Shown one piece after another: positions 40,255-51,053 of a stretch of 64,000 nt of DNA. A program made the translations under genes and the position numbers. Numbering within the stretch: the first letter of the stretch is position 1; each line of letters starts with the position of its first letter. Source of the stretch: Nitrososphaeraceae archaeon (GTDB lineage: Archaea > Thermoproteota > Nitrososphaeria > Nitrososphaerales > Nitrososphaeraceae); assembly GCA_035297365.1 (NCBI GenBank), contig DATGZA010000014.1, forward strand, positions 96,001 to 160,000, given 5' to 3'. A model generated the notes under the pieces. That model was not told the origin of the DNA and made no database searches. It saw only the letters and a program-made list of their open reading frames with translations.

Positions 40255-42630
40255 ATGATTATTCAAAAAATTGTAGTATTTTTAATTCCAATTTTAGGTA
40301 CAATAATAATTTGTCCCTTAAATTCTATTGATTCAAAACTCATTATAAAAGGTCCATACATAGATGACGTCAAGTTCATTCATTATCTTGATGAGAATGT
40401 TGCCTTAGAGGAAATGAAGTCTGGCAATCTCGATATGTATTATTTCCGTATTCCCTTGGATTTGGTTCCCAGCATTCTTGCTGATGACGATATTAAATTA
40501 TATGATAAAGTGTCTGGAACATTTGGTATTCTTCTAAATCCGGCACCAGCAGAAGATGGCAGTATTAATCCATTCCAATTCCGTGAAATAAGGTATGCTA
40601 TGAATTTTTTAATTAATAGAAACTTTATTTCTAACGAAATATTGCAAGGATACGCTTTTCCATTATTTGATCCTTTTGGACCGCTTTCTCCTGATTATCG
40701 TGTGGTAATGGATGCTGTAGAATCATATGGTTTTCATTACGATCCCGAATTTGTTTCAAATATAATTGGAAAGGTTTTACAAGAAAATGGGGCATTTCTT
40801 GAAGACAAAAAATGGTATTTTAATGAAAAACCAATTACCTTAAAAATTCTCATAAGGAGCGATGACCAACAAAGAAAAGTACTTGGTGAATTGATATCAT
40901 ACGAACTCGAGAAGATGGGATTTACTGTGATAAAAGATTATGGAGATCTAAACAAATCACTGAGAATCTTACAAAGCACTAATCCACAAGATCTTCAATG
41001 GAATATGTATACAGAAGCATTTACTAGTAACGCATTTTCTAGATATAACGAAGACATAGTCGCTCAGTTTTATGCCCCATGGTACGCAAACATGCCGGGT
41101 TATCAAAATCCAGGATTCTGGCAATACCAAAATTCAACATTAGATTTTTTGACTCAAAAATTGGTTTTTTCAAACTTTACCTCAGAAAGTGAAAGAAATA
41201 TATTATTAGAAGCAGCAACAAAGATGGGAATCGAGGAATCTGTACGAATATTTTTAGTAAAGAATATAGATCCTTTTGCTGCTTCATCTTCTGTTTCTGG
41301 ATTAGTAAATGATTTTGGAGGAGGAATAGCTAACAAATATTCCTTATTTAATGCTAAATCCAACAAAACGAATTCTCTTGATATAGGTGTTAAGCAAATC
41401 TATCAAGGAGCATGGAATACTATTGGGGGGTTCAGCGATGCTTATAGTAGCAACATCTATTCAAATATTGCTGATAGTTCGATTCTCCGACATCCGTTTA
41501 CAGGCGACGTTATATCTATGAGAAATGAGATCGTAAATGTAACGACTAATGGACCATATAATAAACTTAAAGTCCATCCTGAAGCAATAATTTGGAATAG
41601 TTCCCACGGATGGATACATGCAGATCATAATTCTACTTCTCTAAGTAAGGTAATTAATAAGATACTTTATTCAAATTGGCATCACGGGATTCCAATGGAC
41701 AAATCCGATCTCCTTTATTCTTTGTATTTTATGTTTGAATGGGGATCTAATTATGGTCCAGACGATCTTACACAAGATCCAGAATATACGTCACGTGTAG
41801 AAATAAGTCTTCCTTTAATGAAGGGGATTCGATTTCTTTCTAACGACACTATAGAATCCTTTATTGATATATGGCATTATGATAGCAAGGAAATAACAGG
41901 ATATGCAGGATTGTGGCCACAAGAACCATGGGAAATTTCTGCAGCCACTGAAAGATTAGTCCTTTCAAATGTTCTTTCATTTTCCAAATCTCAAGCTACT
42001 ACAAAAAATGCAGAATGGTTATCGTTAATAATTCCAGGACATGCAAACTTAATAAAAAAAGAATTAATAAAAATGAAAAATGAAAATTTTATTCCTTTAC
42101 CATTAAAAAATATTGTAACCCTGGAAGAGGCAAAGAAAAGATATGATGCAAGCATAAAATGGATTGAAGATCATAAACATGCTGTAATAAGCAACGGTCC
42201 ATTTTTCTTGGACTCGTATAATCCATCAGGAAGAACCATAGAAATAAAGGCATTCCGTGATCAGACCTATCCTTTTGAACAGGGATATTGGTCACATCTA
42301 GAAAAACCAAAATCTATTCTGCTAACAAACTTTACAACTGACAAATTTATAAAAATCAGAGAAGAAAAAGTAATCGATTTTCAAGCTCTAGTTGATAATT
42401 CGCCTCAATCCAATATCTCCATTTATTACTTTCTAATTGATTATTCCGGAAAAATAGTGAATTCAGGGACGGCTAAAAAGATTAACGATGTTGGATCTTT
42501 TCAAATTCAATTGCACAAAATACTAACTGAAACATTAAGGCAAGGACCACTTTCATTAAAAATATTTGCGAATACTAACGAAGCACTGAAACCATTCATT
42601 TCTAATAACCTCTATTTAGTCATTAAATAG
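40255..42630 (+). CDS. ABC transporter substrate-binding protein, family 5
   Basis: NPFQFREIRYAMNFLINR, ISNGPFFL; N-terminal hydrophobic segment. Confidence 0.85.
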   Translation: MIIQKIVVFLIPILGTIIICPLNSIDSKLIIKGPYIDDVKFIHYLDENVALEEMKSGNLDMYYFRIPLDLVPSILADDDIKLYDKVSGTFGILLNPAPAEDGSINPFQFREIRYAMNFLINRNFISNEILQGYAFPLFDPFGPLSPDYRVVMDAVESYGFHYDPEFVSNIIGKVLQENGAFLEDKKWYFNEKPITLKILIRSDDQQRKVLGELISYELEKMGFTVIKDYGDLNKSLRILQSTNPQDLQWNMYTEAFTSNAFSRYNEDIVAQFYAPWYANMPGYQNPGFWQYQNSTLDFLTQKLVFSNFTSESERNILLEAATKMGIEESVRIFLVKNIDPFAASSSVSGLVNDFGGGIANKYSLFNAKSNKTNSLDIGVKQIYQGAWNTIGGFSDAYSSNIYSNIADSSILRHPFTGDVISMRNEIVNVTTNGPYNKLKVHPEAIIWNSSHGWIHADHNSTSLSKVINKILYSNWHHGIPMDKSDLLYSLYFMFEWGSNYGPDDLTQDPEYTSRVEISLPLMKGIRFLSNDTIESFIDIWHYDSKEITGYAGLWPQEPWEISAATERLVLSNVLSFSKSQATTKNAEWLSLIIPGHANLIKKELIKMKNENFIPLPLKNIVTLEEAKKRYDASIKWIEDHKHAVISNGPFFLDSYNPSGRTIEIKAFRDQTYPFEQGYWSHLEKPKSILLTNFTTDKFIKIREEKVIDFQALVDNSPQSNISIYYFLIDYSGKIVNSGTAKKINDVGSFQIQLHKILTETLRQGPLSLKIFANTNEALKPFISNNLYLVIK

Positions 42631-42807
42631 TTTTTAATAATCTTATATTTGTATAGTTTTTTCTGATGCGCTCTTTTTAATTTTTTGTTTTTTATAACAT
42701 TATTAATTTTTTATCATGAGATTATGTTGTCAATTATTATAATATCAAACTATATCGATATCGATATTTTTATATTTTCTAGTTTTTATTACTTCACATT
42801 ATATTCC

Positions 42808-43740
42808 ATGAGCTTTTCTATTGCTGTTCCTATATCTGTTTCGACGGCACATAGCCCTGGTCATATTACGGGTTTCTTTGAAAAACCACCCAATCACTTT
42901 AAAGATAGTCGTCTTTCTGTTGGTTCTCGGGGCGCTGGTTTTTCAATAAAAAAAGGTGTTACAACTACTGTAGAGTTATATGAATCATCCAAAATGTCTT
43001 ATGAAATTTTTATAAATGGTTTGATGGTAAAAAATGCTCCTGTATCTGATTGGATCGTTAGACGTTATATTAAAGAGTGCGATTCTAATTTCTTGATAAA
43101 AATAAAACATCTCGTTGATATTCCTATTGGTTTTGGTTTAGGTACCAGTGGAGCTGGAGCGTTAAGCTTATCCTATGCACTTAATCAAGTTCTAGATACG
43201 AAGTTTAGTATCGAACAGGCGGCACAAATTGCTCATGTCGCAGAGTTACATTGTAAAACGGGGTTTGGTACTGTGCTCTCTGAATTTCATGGAGGATTAG
43301 AAATTAGAACTAGTTTTGGGGCACCAGGTATTGGAAAAGTCACTAAAATTGAGCCAAAAGATCATTTAGCTATAATTTTGTGTATCAATCCAATTTTTAC
43401 AAAAAAAATTCTTTCTACGTATTCAAATAAAGCAAATATATTAGCTAGACGAATGGTGGAACAATTACTTGTTTCTAGGGATCTCAAAGATTTTCTAAAA
43501 TTATCAAGAAAATTCGCTGATTTTCTAGGCCTAACTAAGGGTATTTGCGCCGCACCCTTAAATGAACTTGCTATTAATGGAATATATTCAAGTGTAGCCC
43601 TTTTTGGTGAAACTGTATTTACTTTAGTACCAAAGAAAGAAGAAAAAAAAGTAAGTTCTATCTTAGGTAAATTTCAAGGAGTTCTGGTTGTTAGTGATAT
43701 TGATACTAAAGGAGCGGTATTAAGAAATCATGATCAATAA
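42808..43740 (+). CDS. pantoate kinase (GHMP)
   Basis: PGHITGFF, GSRGAG, PIGFGLGTSGA, GAPG; ATG 42808 preferred. Confidence 0.92.
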   Translation: MSFSIAVPISVSTAHSPGHITGFFEKPPNHFKDSRLSVGSRGAGFSIKKGVTTTVELYESSKMSYEIFINGLMVKNAPVSDWIVRRYIKECDSNFLIKIKHLVDIPIGFGLGTSGAGALSLSYALNQVLDTKFSIEQAAQIAHVAELHCKTGFGTVLSEFHGGLEIRTSFGAPGIGKVTKIEPKDHLAIILCINPIFTKKILSTYSNKANILARRMVEQLLVSRDLKDFLKLSRKFADFLGLTKGICAAPLNELAINGIYSSVALFGETVFTLVPKKEEKKVSSILGKFQGVLVVSDIDTKGAVLRNHDQ

Positions 43741-44494
43741 TCATATCCCGTCAAATCATCCTAGAGCAAAGTCTCTCTATATTCGAAATTTACTTGTAAC
43801 TGGTTTTAAATCTGGATTAGTGGTCCCAGAAGGATTACTGGCGCATGGAAGAGGAGAAGCTTTTGATTACCTCATAGGAGAACATACTTCTGTCTACGCA
43901 TTACATGCCATTAAGGCTGCATCCTCTCTATTATTATTGGCAGATCATCCGGTAATCTCGGTTAATGGAAATTCTGCAGCTTTATGTGCTAGGGAAATGG
44001 TAGAATTAGCTAATCATTCTAGTGCATTTTTAGAAGTGAATTTATTTTATAAGAGTCGTGATCGGGAATATCGTATTTCAGAAACACTAAAGAAGAATGG
44101 AGCTAATATTGTTCTTGGGTTAGATAAAAAGAATTCTATAGATATTACCGACCTAACTAGCTCTAGAAGACATGTGGATCTTGAAGGAATAAACAAAGCA
44201 GATGTTGTATTAGTACCTTTAGAAGATGGAGATAGAACAAGTGCTTTAATCAAGATGAAGAAAAAAGTAATAACAATAGATTTAAATCCTCTTTCAAGAA
44301 CCTCCCAGTCGGCCACTATTAGTATTATTGATAACATTGTGCGAGCTATGCCCTACCTCGTTGAAACAACAAAAAAAATAAAAAACATGAAAAGGAGCTC
44401 ACTTGAAAAAATCGTGGACCAATATGATAATCAATATAATCTGGACAAGTCTATAAAACTAATACGTGGAAATGCGAGCTCAAAACGTAGATAA
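43730..44494 (+). CDS. 4-phosphopantoate--beta-alanine ligase
   Basis: HPRAKSL, AHGRGEAFDYLIGE, VPLEDGDR, DLNPLSRT. Confidence 0.95.
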   Translation: MINNHIPSNHPRAKSLYIRNLLVTGFKSGLVVPEGLLAHGRGEAFDYLIGEHTSVYALHAIKAASSLLLLADHPVISVNGNSAALCAREMVELANHSSAFLEVNLFYKSRDREYRISETLKKNGANIVLGLDKKNSIDITDLTSSRRHVDLEGINKADVVLVPLEDGDRTSALIKMKKKVITIDLNPLSRTSQSATISIIDNIVRAMPYLVETTKKIKNMKRSSLEKIVDQYDNQYNLDKSIKLIRGNASSKRR

Positions 44495-45347
44495 TGATAC
44501 TGATAAAAATAGATCAAGAAAATTAACAGTTACTGAGTTCATTTTAATGAAGAATAGAGAAAAAATTTCGATGGTTACTTCTTATGATTATTGGAGTTCG
44601 AAAATATGTGATAAAGCAGGAATCGATGTCTTGCTGGTTGGAGATAGCGCAGGCATGGTAATGCTTGGATATGATTCTACTATCCCAGTTAGGATGAAAG
44701 AAATGTTGTTATTTACAAGAGCAGTAGCACGTGGTACAAAAAGAGGGCTAATTGTATCCGATATGCCACTTGGGTCGTATCAAACAGATACAATTCATGC
44801 TATAAGAAATGCAATAAGATTTATCAAGGCTGGTAGCGACGCTGTGAAATTAGAGGGCGGTGTTGAGGTCGCAGACAAAATAAGGGCAATTGTAAACTGT
44901 GGAATTCCGGTTTTGGGTCACATTGGGTTGAAACCACAGACTGCAAAACTCTGGGAGGGATATAGAGTCCAAGGTAATACATGCGCTTCTGGTTCTGATC
45001 TTATTAAGGATGCAAAAGAGCTGGAAAAAGCTGGTGTTTTTGGAATAGTTCTTGAAATGGTAACATCAGAGATATCGAAATTAATTTCAAAAAATGTAAG
45101 AATTCCAACAATAGGAATAGGTTCAGGACCTTACTGTGATGGCCAGGTTCTTGTCCTTCATGACATGTTGGGTTTATATGATGATATTAAACCTCGCTTC
45201 GTGAAAAATTATACTGATCTGTCCAAGCATATTTTTCAAGCAACACAGAATTACATAAATGAAGTAAAAACGGGAGTTTTTCCAGAAGACAAACACACTT
45301 TTCATATGAAAAAAGAAGAATATAATAAATTAAAAGCGGGAAAATAA
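44466..45347 (+). CDS. panB: 3-methyl-2-oxobutanoate hydroxymethyltransferase
   Basis: LVGDS, VKLEGG, GHIGL, IGIGSG..CDGQVLV. Confidence 0.96.
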   Translation: MEMRAQNVDNDTDKNRSRKLTVTEFILMKNREKISMVTSYDYWSSKICDKAGIDVLLVGDSAGMVMLGYDSTIPVRMKEMLLFTRAVARGTKRGLIVSDMPLGSYQTDTIHAIRNAIRFIKAGSDAVKLEGGVEVADKIRAIVNCGIPVLGHIGLKPQTAKLWEGYRVQGNTCASGSDLIKDAKELEKAGVFGIVLEMVTSEISKLISKNVRIPTIGIGSGPYCDGQVLVLHDMLGLYDDIKPRFVKNYTDLSKHIFQATQNYINEVKTGVFPEDKHTFHMKKEEYNKLKAGK

Positions 45348-45365
45348 ATCATGTGATACTATAAA

Positions 45366-46637
45366 ATGAAAATTAAGAGAACCAACAATTTACATCCATC
45401 AAAGGATATCTCGTGTACATTAGGCGATGAGCTTAAAGGAAAACGGGTAATTTTATGTGTTTCTGGCAGTGTAGCCGCATACAAAGCCATAGATTTTGCT
45501 AGACTTCTGATGAGACATGGTGCTGATGTATTTGCAGTAATTTCTAAATCTACATCTTTATTATTAAATCCTAATTTTTTAAAATGGGCTACAGGAAACG
45601 AGGTAGTTGCAAAATTGACTGGGAATATGGAACATATTGCTTTGGGAGACTTTGAAATGTCTGATTTAGTAGTAGTATATCCATGTACTGCAAATACTTT
45701 GGGTAAATTCGCATGTGGGATAGACGATACTCCTATTACATCAATTCTTACAGTTTCTCTTGGATCCAAAATTCCAATATTTATAGCTCCAGCTATGCAC
45801 GAAGCAATGTATCACAATCCTTTTGTGGTCAATAATTTAGAAACAATAAGACAAAATGGTGTGTCAATAATAGAATCATCTATGATTGAAGGAAAAGCGA
45901 AAATTGCAACACCTGAGAATGCATTATCTCAAATTTTGAATTTTTTTGCACAATCCAATAATAAAATTTTGTCAAATAAAAAAATTCTTGTAACCTCTGG
46001 AAGTACTATAGAATTTATCGATCCTGTAAGAGTTATATCCAATCTGAGTTCGGGAAAAATGGGACAAGCTCTTGTAAACGAAGCTTTAGAACAAGGCGCG
46101 CATGTTACTCATATATCAGGTAATTCCCTCCTTAAACCTTTAACTAATAGAAATTTAAAAAATATCCAGGTTACTACATCTGAGGATATGTATGAACAAG
46201 TGACATCTGAATTATCTTCTAAGAAATATGATATCGCGATAATGGCTGCTGCCATCTCTGATTTTAAGATGAACCAAGTAAATAAAAAGAAGATCAGAAG
46301 TCGCGGCCATAATAAATTAACAATAGATTTGTTTCCAACGAAAAAGATCATAAATTACATAAAATTGGTAGATAAGAATATTTTTCTTGTAGGTTTTACA
46401 GCCTATCATGATGTATCCAATTCATTTCTTATTTCTAGGGCAAATGAAAAATTAAAAGAATCTAGTAGTGATATTATTATTGCAAATGACGTTGGAAGAA
46501 AATGTTCTACAATTGGTTCAGATTATAATGAAGTATTTATAATTTCTAAAAATAAACCCGTTGTTCATTTACCTCCTGAACGAAAAGACCTCATCGCAAA
46601 AAAAATATATGAAATAATTGTTTCATATCTGAAATGA
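45366..46637 (+). CDS. coaBC: phosphopantothenoylcysteine decarboxylase/ligase
   Basis: GSVAAYK, PCTAN, PAMH, DPVRVISNLSSGKMG, ANDV. Confidence 0.96.
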   Translation: MKIKRTNNLHPSKDISCTLGDELKGKRVILCVSGSVAAYKAIDFARLLMRHGADVFAVISKSTSLLLNPNFLKWATGNEVVAKLTGNMEHIALGDFEMSDLVVVYPCTANTLGKFACGIDDTPITSILTVSLGSKIPIFIAPAMHEAMYHNPFVVNNLETIRQNGVSIIESSMIEGKAKIATPENALSQILNFFAQSNNKILSNKKILVTSGSTIEFIDPVRVISNLSSGKMGQALVNEALEQGAHVTHISGNSLLKPLTNRNLKNIQVTTSEDMYEQVTSELSSKKYDIAIMAAAISDFKMNQVNKKKIRSRGHNKLTIDLFPTKKIINYIKLVDKNIFLVGFTAYHDVSNSFLISRANEKLKESSSDIIIANDVGRKCSTIGSDYNEVFIISKNKPVVHLPPERKDLIAKKIYEIIVSYLK

Positions 46638-46702
46638 ATAATAAATTAACCTTGTTTTATATTTTTAATTGAGTATTTTATGAACAAATTTATTATAATA
46701 TA

Positions 46703-47788
46703 TTATAATATAACTAGATTATTTCTAAATTTGTTCATTTTTTGTACACCGTTTTTTATTTTGTTATCGATGATCACACTATCCTCTATTCTAATACCAA
46801 ATTTGGACTTCAAATAAATTCCTGGTTCTATTGTTATGGTCATATTATTATTTAAGATCTGTTTATTGTTTCTGCGAATCCAAGGGGGTTCATGAACATC
46901 CAAACCAATTCCATGTCCTGTAGAATGATTAAATTCCTCATTGTAACCCCTATTCGAAATAAAATCTCTGCAAATTTTATCTACTTTTCCAGCTGTTGTA
47001 TTTTCGCAAGCGTTTTTAACCCCTAAATCTTGTGACTCTCTAACTATTTCATAGATTTTTTTCATTTCTGAACTAATTCTCCCAAGAGCAAAAGTTCTTG
47101 TTGCATCTCCAACATATCCTTTATATCTTAATGTTATGTCTACCACAATAAAATCACCCGTCTTGAATCTTCTATCTGAAACACTTGAGTGCGGTAATGC
47201 TCCATTTGGACCACTTGCGATAATAAAAGGATTTAGAGTCGATCTGTACGAAGGCAAGCTTGCTTTCTTTTTTAAAGCCTCATACACTAGTGTTGCCTGT
47301 AACTGTCTTTCAGAAATTCCAACCTTTACCTCATTTATACAGATTTCAAATAAGTAATCTATGATCTTTGCTGCATGCTGAATATTTCTTATTTCTTCCC
47401 TATCTTTAATCATTCTACATTTAAAAAAAGGCTCATCATTGACAATGATCTTTTTTTTACCTATATGATTCCTCAAATATTCAACTCTATTGTATTCCTC
47501 ACAATCGGTTATTGACGAATCGCTATTGTTTAAATTGGATATAACAGAAAATAAAATATCATTCCCTCTTTCAGACTGAACCACTTGGCAATCCTTTGAA
47601 TCTAAGTTAGCTCGAACATACTCTAATTTCGGAGTATATAACTTAGTCAGGTCTTGGTCCACCAACAGTACTCCCTCCCCCCAAAATCCTGTTAAATAAT
47701 AAATATTTTCTGGTTTAAAGGCAATTAAATTTTTACCTCCATACTTTGATATAGCTTTTAATATGTTTTTTCTGCGGTCACCGAACAT
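46703..47788 (-). CDS. Xaa-Pro aminopeptidase (M24B)
   Basis: HSTGHGIGLDVHE, TIEPGIY, GIRIED. Confidence 0.93.
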   Translation of the reverse strand: MFGDRRKNILKAISKYGGKNLIAFKPENIYYLTGFWGEGVLLVDQDLTKLYTPKLEYVRANLDSKDCQVVQSERGNDILFSVISNLNNSDSSITDCEEYNRVEYLRNHIGKKKIIVNDEPFFKCRMIKDREEIRNIQHAAKIIDYLFEICINEVKVGISERQLQATLVYEALKKKASLPSYRSTLNPFIIASGPNGALPHSSVSDRRFKTGDFIVVDITLRYKGYVGDATRTFALGRISSEMKKIYEIVRESQDLGVKNACENTTAGKVDKICRDFISNRGYNEEFNHSTGHGIGLDVHEPPWIRRNNKQILNNNMTITIEPGIYLKSKFGIRIEDSVIIDNKIKNGVQKMNKFRNNLVIL

Positions 47789-47849
47789 ATTTTTAGATTG
47801 TAATGTTATCTTTTATTCCTTTTCAATAATATTACAGGTATATTTGTTC

Positions 47850-48210
47850 TAAACACGGATTAAAACTTCAAACGGAAGGCTACAAGTTTTTTACTAATCT
47901 AAGCAGATGGCTCCTATTTTGATAGTAATACTATTTCAGTTTATATGATTTAGTACGATGAAATCCGGAATAAAAGCAGCAAAGAATGTTAGATGTAAAA
48001 AACTAACTATTTCAAAATAAATTTGGAAATAATCGGCACCCAACTGAATTTAACAAATGGAGAAATAGTGACTCATTGAAAAATATTGATTGTAGAATCT
48101 GTTTTTTCCTTCATGAAAAGATGCTTCATGAATATATATGGTAGTTAAACTTCCCAACATGGTAAAGAAATGATCTTAAAATCACTACAATTTGTTTACC
48201 TCCATAACAT
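47850..48210 (+). pseudogene. fossil IS5-family transposase C-terminal fragment
   Basis: ADGSYFDSN, GIKAAKNVR, IVESVFSFMKR, KEMILK; frameshifted. Confidence 0.55.
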
Positions 48211-49028
48211 AATTTTAGATTAGTTTTTCAAAATGAAACTATTATGGCGTCAAGATTTTGGATATTATTACATTAAATTGGACACTCTTTATTCACATGT
48301 CATTTAGACTTAGAATTAAAACAATTGTCATTATTATTGGAAAGAATAAAAAATGTGTCAAACCTCGTTTTCAATAATATCCTAATCAATCATTTGATAA
48401 TAGTCCTGCAAAAGCAAACCATTGACTTTTAAAAATTTTAATAAAACTTTTTCATCCTCAATATTATAATATTTTTTCATTTTTTCTAATAGTTTATCAT
48501 CATAAAATATTGCTCCAATCATCTTATGTTCAACTAGTTATAATTTAGGTATTTTTTAAAATGATCATTGTATATTTTTTATATTTGATTCACATTAATC
48601 ATTTTAGCTGATTTTATTTATTGTACTTGCAACATGATCTACAGGAAAAAGATGACATGTATCTGCATATGTGTTATACTTCGATCTCTACGTTTAGATT
48701 AAATTGACAACTTCAGACTTTATATCTTTTTTTGCCAAAACTAAACTATATCTAAAATATTAAATGTAGATTTTTAATTATTTAATGCTAATTCTATGAG
48801 TTTATAAATTTAATTTAACAAGATAAAGGTATAACTTTATTTCTTTAAAAAAATTTGTATTGACGATATTGAAGTCAATACGTGGAGTAACTGCAAATAA
48901 GAATTTTACCTCAAATGTATAGAAATTTCATATCACTAAAATCCATTATAAATTCGGGATTTCTAGCACTGATTTTTCTGTTGAATATATATTAAAATAT
49001 AGGTTCAACAGACTGTTATTGAAAAATC

Positions 49029-50171
49029 ATGGAATATTTGGTTATGTTGCCAGGTCCAACTAACGTTCCAAATCGTGTCATGAATGCTATGCTTGCCCCA
49101 ATAATAAATCATCGTAGCGAAGATTTTCGTGTTCTGTATAAGGGAATAATTGAAAAGACTCAGAAAGTTTTTGATACTTCAAGTGATATTATCCTTCTTA
49201 CTACATCTGGAACTGGTGCAGTTGAATCCTCAGTGGTTAATCTAATAAAGAAAGGTGATAAAGCAATAATTCCAGTTAATGGTGAATTCAGTACACGTCT
49301 AGCCGATTTAATTGATAGTTGGGGTGGAACGGCAATAAGGGTCAATGCGCCATTTGGTCAGAATCCCCCAATAGAAGAAATAGAAAAGGCATTTGAAGAT
49401 AATAAAGATGTTAAAGCAGTTTATGCTGTTTACAACGAAACATCAACTGGCACTACTATAAGATATATGGATAAACTCGGAGATCTTTCCAGCAAATTTG
49501 GCTCATTTTTTGTAGCAGATGCAGTTTCAATACTAGGAGGAGATGAACTCCCAGTTGATAAGTGGAACGTTGATATCTGTATAACTGCCTCGCAAAAGGC
49601 ATTAGCAGCACCTCCTGGTGTATCTCCGGTGTCGATCAATGAAAGAACCAAAAAATACATGCAGTCTAATCCTTCACCAATACTTTATTTAAATTTCAAT
49701 AGGTATTTTAAATATTACCAAGAACATATAGAGACCCCTTTCACTCCGGCATTACCTCTCTATTATGCATTTGATGAAGCCTTAAATATCATTATGGACG
49801 AGGGAATGACTAACAGAATACAGAGGCATAGAATATGTGCTGATGCATTTTATTCGGGTCTTAATAGTCTCGGATTAACTCCTTTTGCTTATGAAAATGC
49901 TAGAAGCAATGTCGTTATTGCTTTAAACTATCTCGACGGAATGGACGATAAGAAATTTAGAACACTATTATCCGATAAATTTAGGGTTCTAGTTGCTGGG
50001 GGATTTGGAAATCTTAAGGGCAAAGTTTTCAGAATTGGGAGTATGGGTGAAGTGAATGAGTATCATGTTATGAGAACAATGTCTTCTATTTATTCTGCCA
50101 TGACAATGCTCGGAATTGAAGTAAACAAAGATGCTTTATATATAGCAGAAGAAAAATTGAAAAACCTTTAA
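49029..50171 (+). CDS. class V PLP aminotransferase (serine-pyruvate/alanine-glyoxylate type)
   Basis: MLPGPT, SGTGA, NETSTG, DAVS, SQKAL, FRIGSMG. Confidence 0.92.
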   Translation: MEYLVMLPGPTNVPNRVMNAMLAPIINHRSEDFRVLYKGIIEKTQKVFDTSSDIILLTTSGTGAVESSVVNLIKKGDKAIIPVNGEFSTRLADLIDSWGGTAIRVNAPFGQNPPIEEIEKAFEDNKDVKAVYAVYNETSTGTTIRYMDKLGDLSSKFGSFFVADAVSILGGDELPVDKWNVDICITASQKALAAPPGVSPVSINERTKKYMQSNPSPILYLNFNRYFKYYQEHIETPFTPALPLYYAFDEALNIIMDEGMTNRIQRHRICADAFYSGLNSLGLTPFAYENARSNVVIALNYLDGMDDKKFRTLLSDKFRVLVAGGFGNLKGKVFRIGSMGEVNEYHVMRTMSSIYSAMTMLGIEVNKDALYIAEEKLKNL

Positions 50172-50232
50172 ACCATATAAATATTTTTAATTTTCGTCAA
50201 GCTTAATATAAGGTAAATTAATAGCGATTTTT

Positions 50233-50982
50233 ATGCCTTTTGAAAAAGGATCACTAATACTATTAGATTATACTGCAAGAATCAAAGATAATAATGAAAT
50301 TTTTGAAACTACTCGAGAAGAAGATGCTAAAAATTCGAATTCATATGATCCCGTAAGAAAATATGAACCTCGTCTTGTATCAATTGGAGAAGGATGGGTT
50401 CTCAGAGGCGTAGATGAAGCACTTTCTACTGCTAATGTAGGCGAGAAATTAGTGATTGAAATTTCTCCCGATAAAGGCTTCGGGGATAGAGATCCGAATA
50501 AAATCCGAATGATTCCACAAAGAAAGTTAGGAGAAAAAGCTGCCGAAATAAAGGTAGGTGATGTTGTAGAGATTGATGAAAGACCGGGTATTGTAAGATA
50601 TATAGGTTCTGGGCGCGTTCAAATAGATTATAATCATAGACTTGCAAGTAGGAGTTTGGTATACGATGTAAATATTATCCAGAAATTAGATACAAACGAA
50701 GAAAAAATAAAGAATTTAATGAAAAGACGTCTTCCACTCAAGGATGAAAAGATAAAGTTTGAAATGCAAGATGGTACACTCGAGATCGAACTTCCCGAAG
50801 ATGTTTTGTTATTAGACGGATTACAAATAATTAAACGAGCTATTTCTACCGATCTCTTTAAATTTATAACTTCCCTTCAAAAAATTATCTTCAAGGAAGT
50901 ATATAGTTTACCATCTTCTAAAGGCTCTCAAAAATTGGAGGCAACAACTGCTGAGGCAACAACTGCTGAGGCAAGAACCTAG
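50233..50982 (+). CDS. long-type archaeal FKBP peptidyl-prolyl isomerase
   Basis: FETT, PDKGFG.RD, DYNHRLA. Confidence 0.92.
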   Translation: MPFEKGSLILLDYTARIKDNNEIFETTREEDAKNSNSYDPVRKYEPRLVSIGEGWVLRGVDEALSTANVGEKLVIEISPDKGFGDRDPNKIRMIPQRKLGEKAAEIKVGDVVEIDERPGIVRYIGSGRVQIDYNHRLASRSLVYDVNIIQKLDTNEEKIKNLMKRRLPLKDEKIKFEMQDGTLEIELPEDVLLLDGLQIIKRAISTDLFKFITSLQKIIFKEVYSLPSSKGSQKLEATTAEATTAEART

Positions 50983-51053
50983 ACCAGAGAATCAATCTAT
51001 CAATTATTTTTTATCTTAATACTCTAATTTTTGACCATTTATGAGAATTAAAA

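Noticed and set aside
40255-42630. Family-5 binding protein without adjacent permeases
   Set aside because: Stand-alone binding-protein genes are common; no other anomaly seen.
50938-50973. 15-bp tandem repeat (EATTA x2) in the FKBP tail
   Set aside because: Trivial slippage in a disordered C-terminus.
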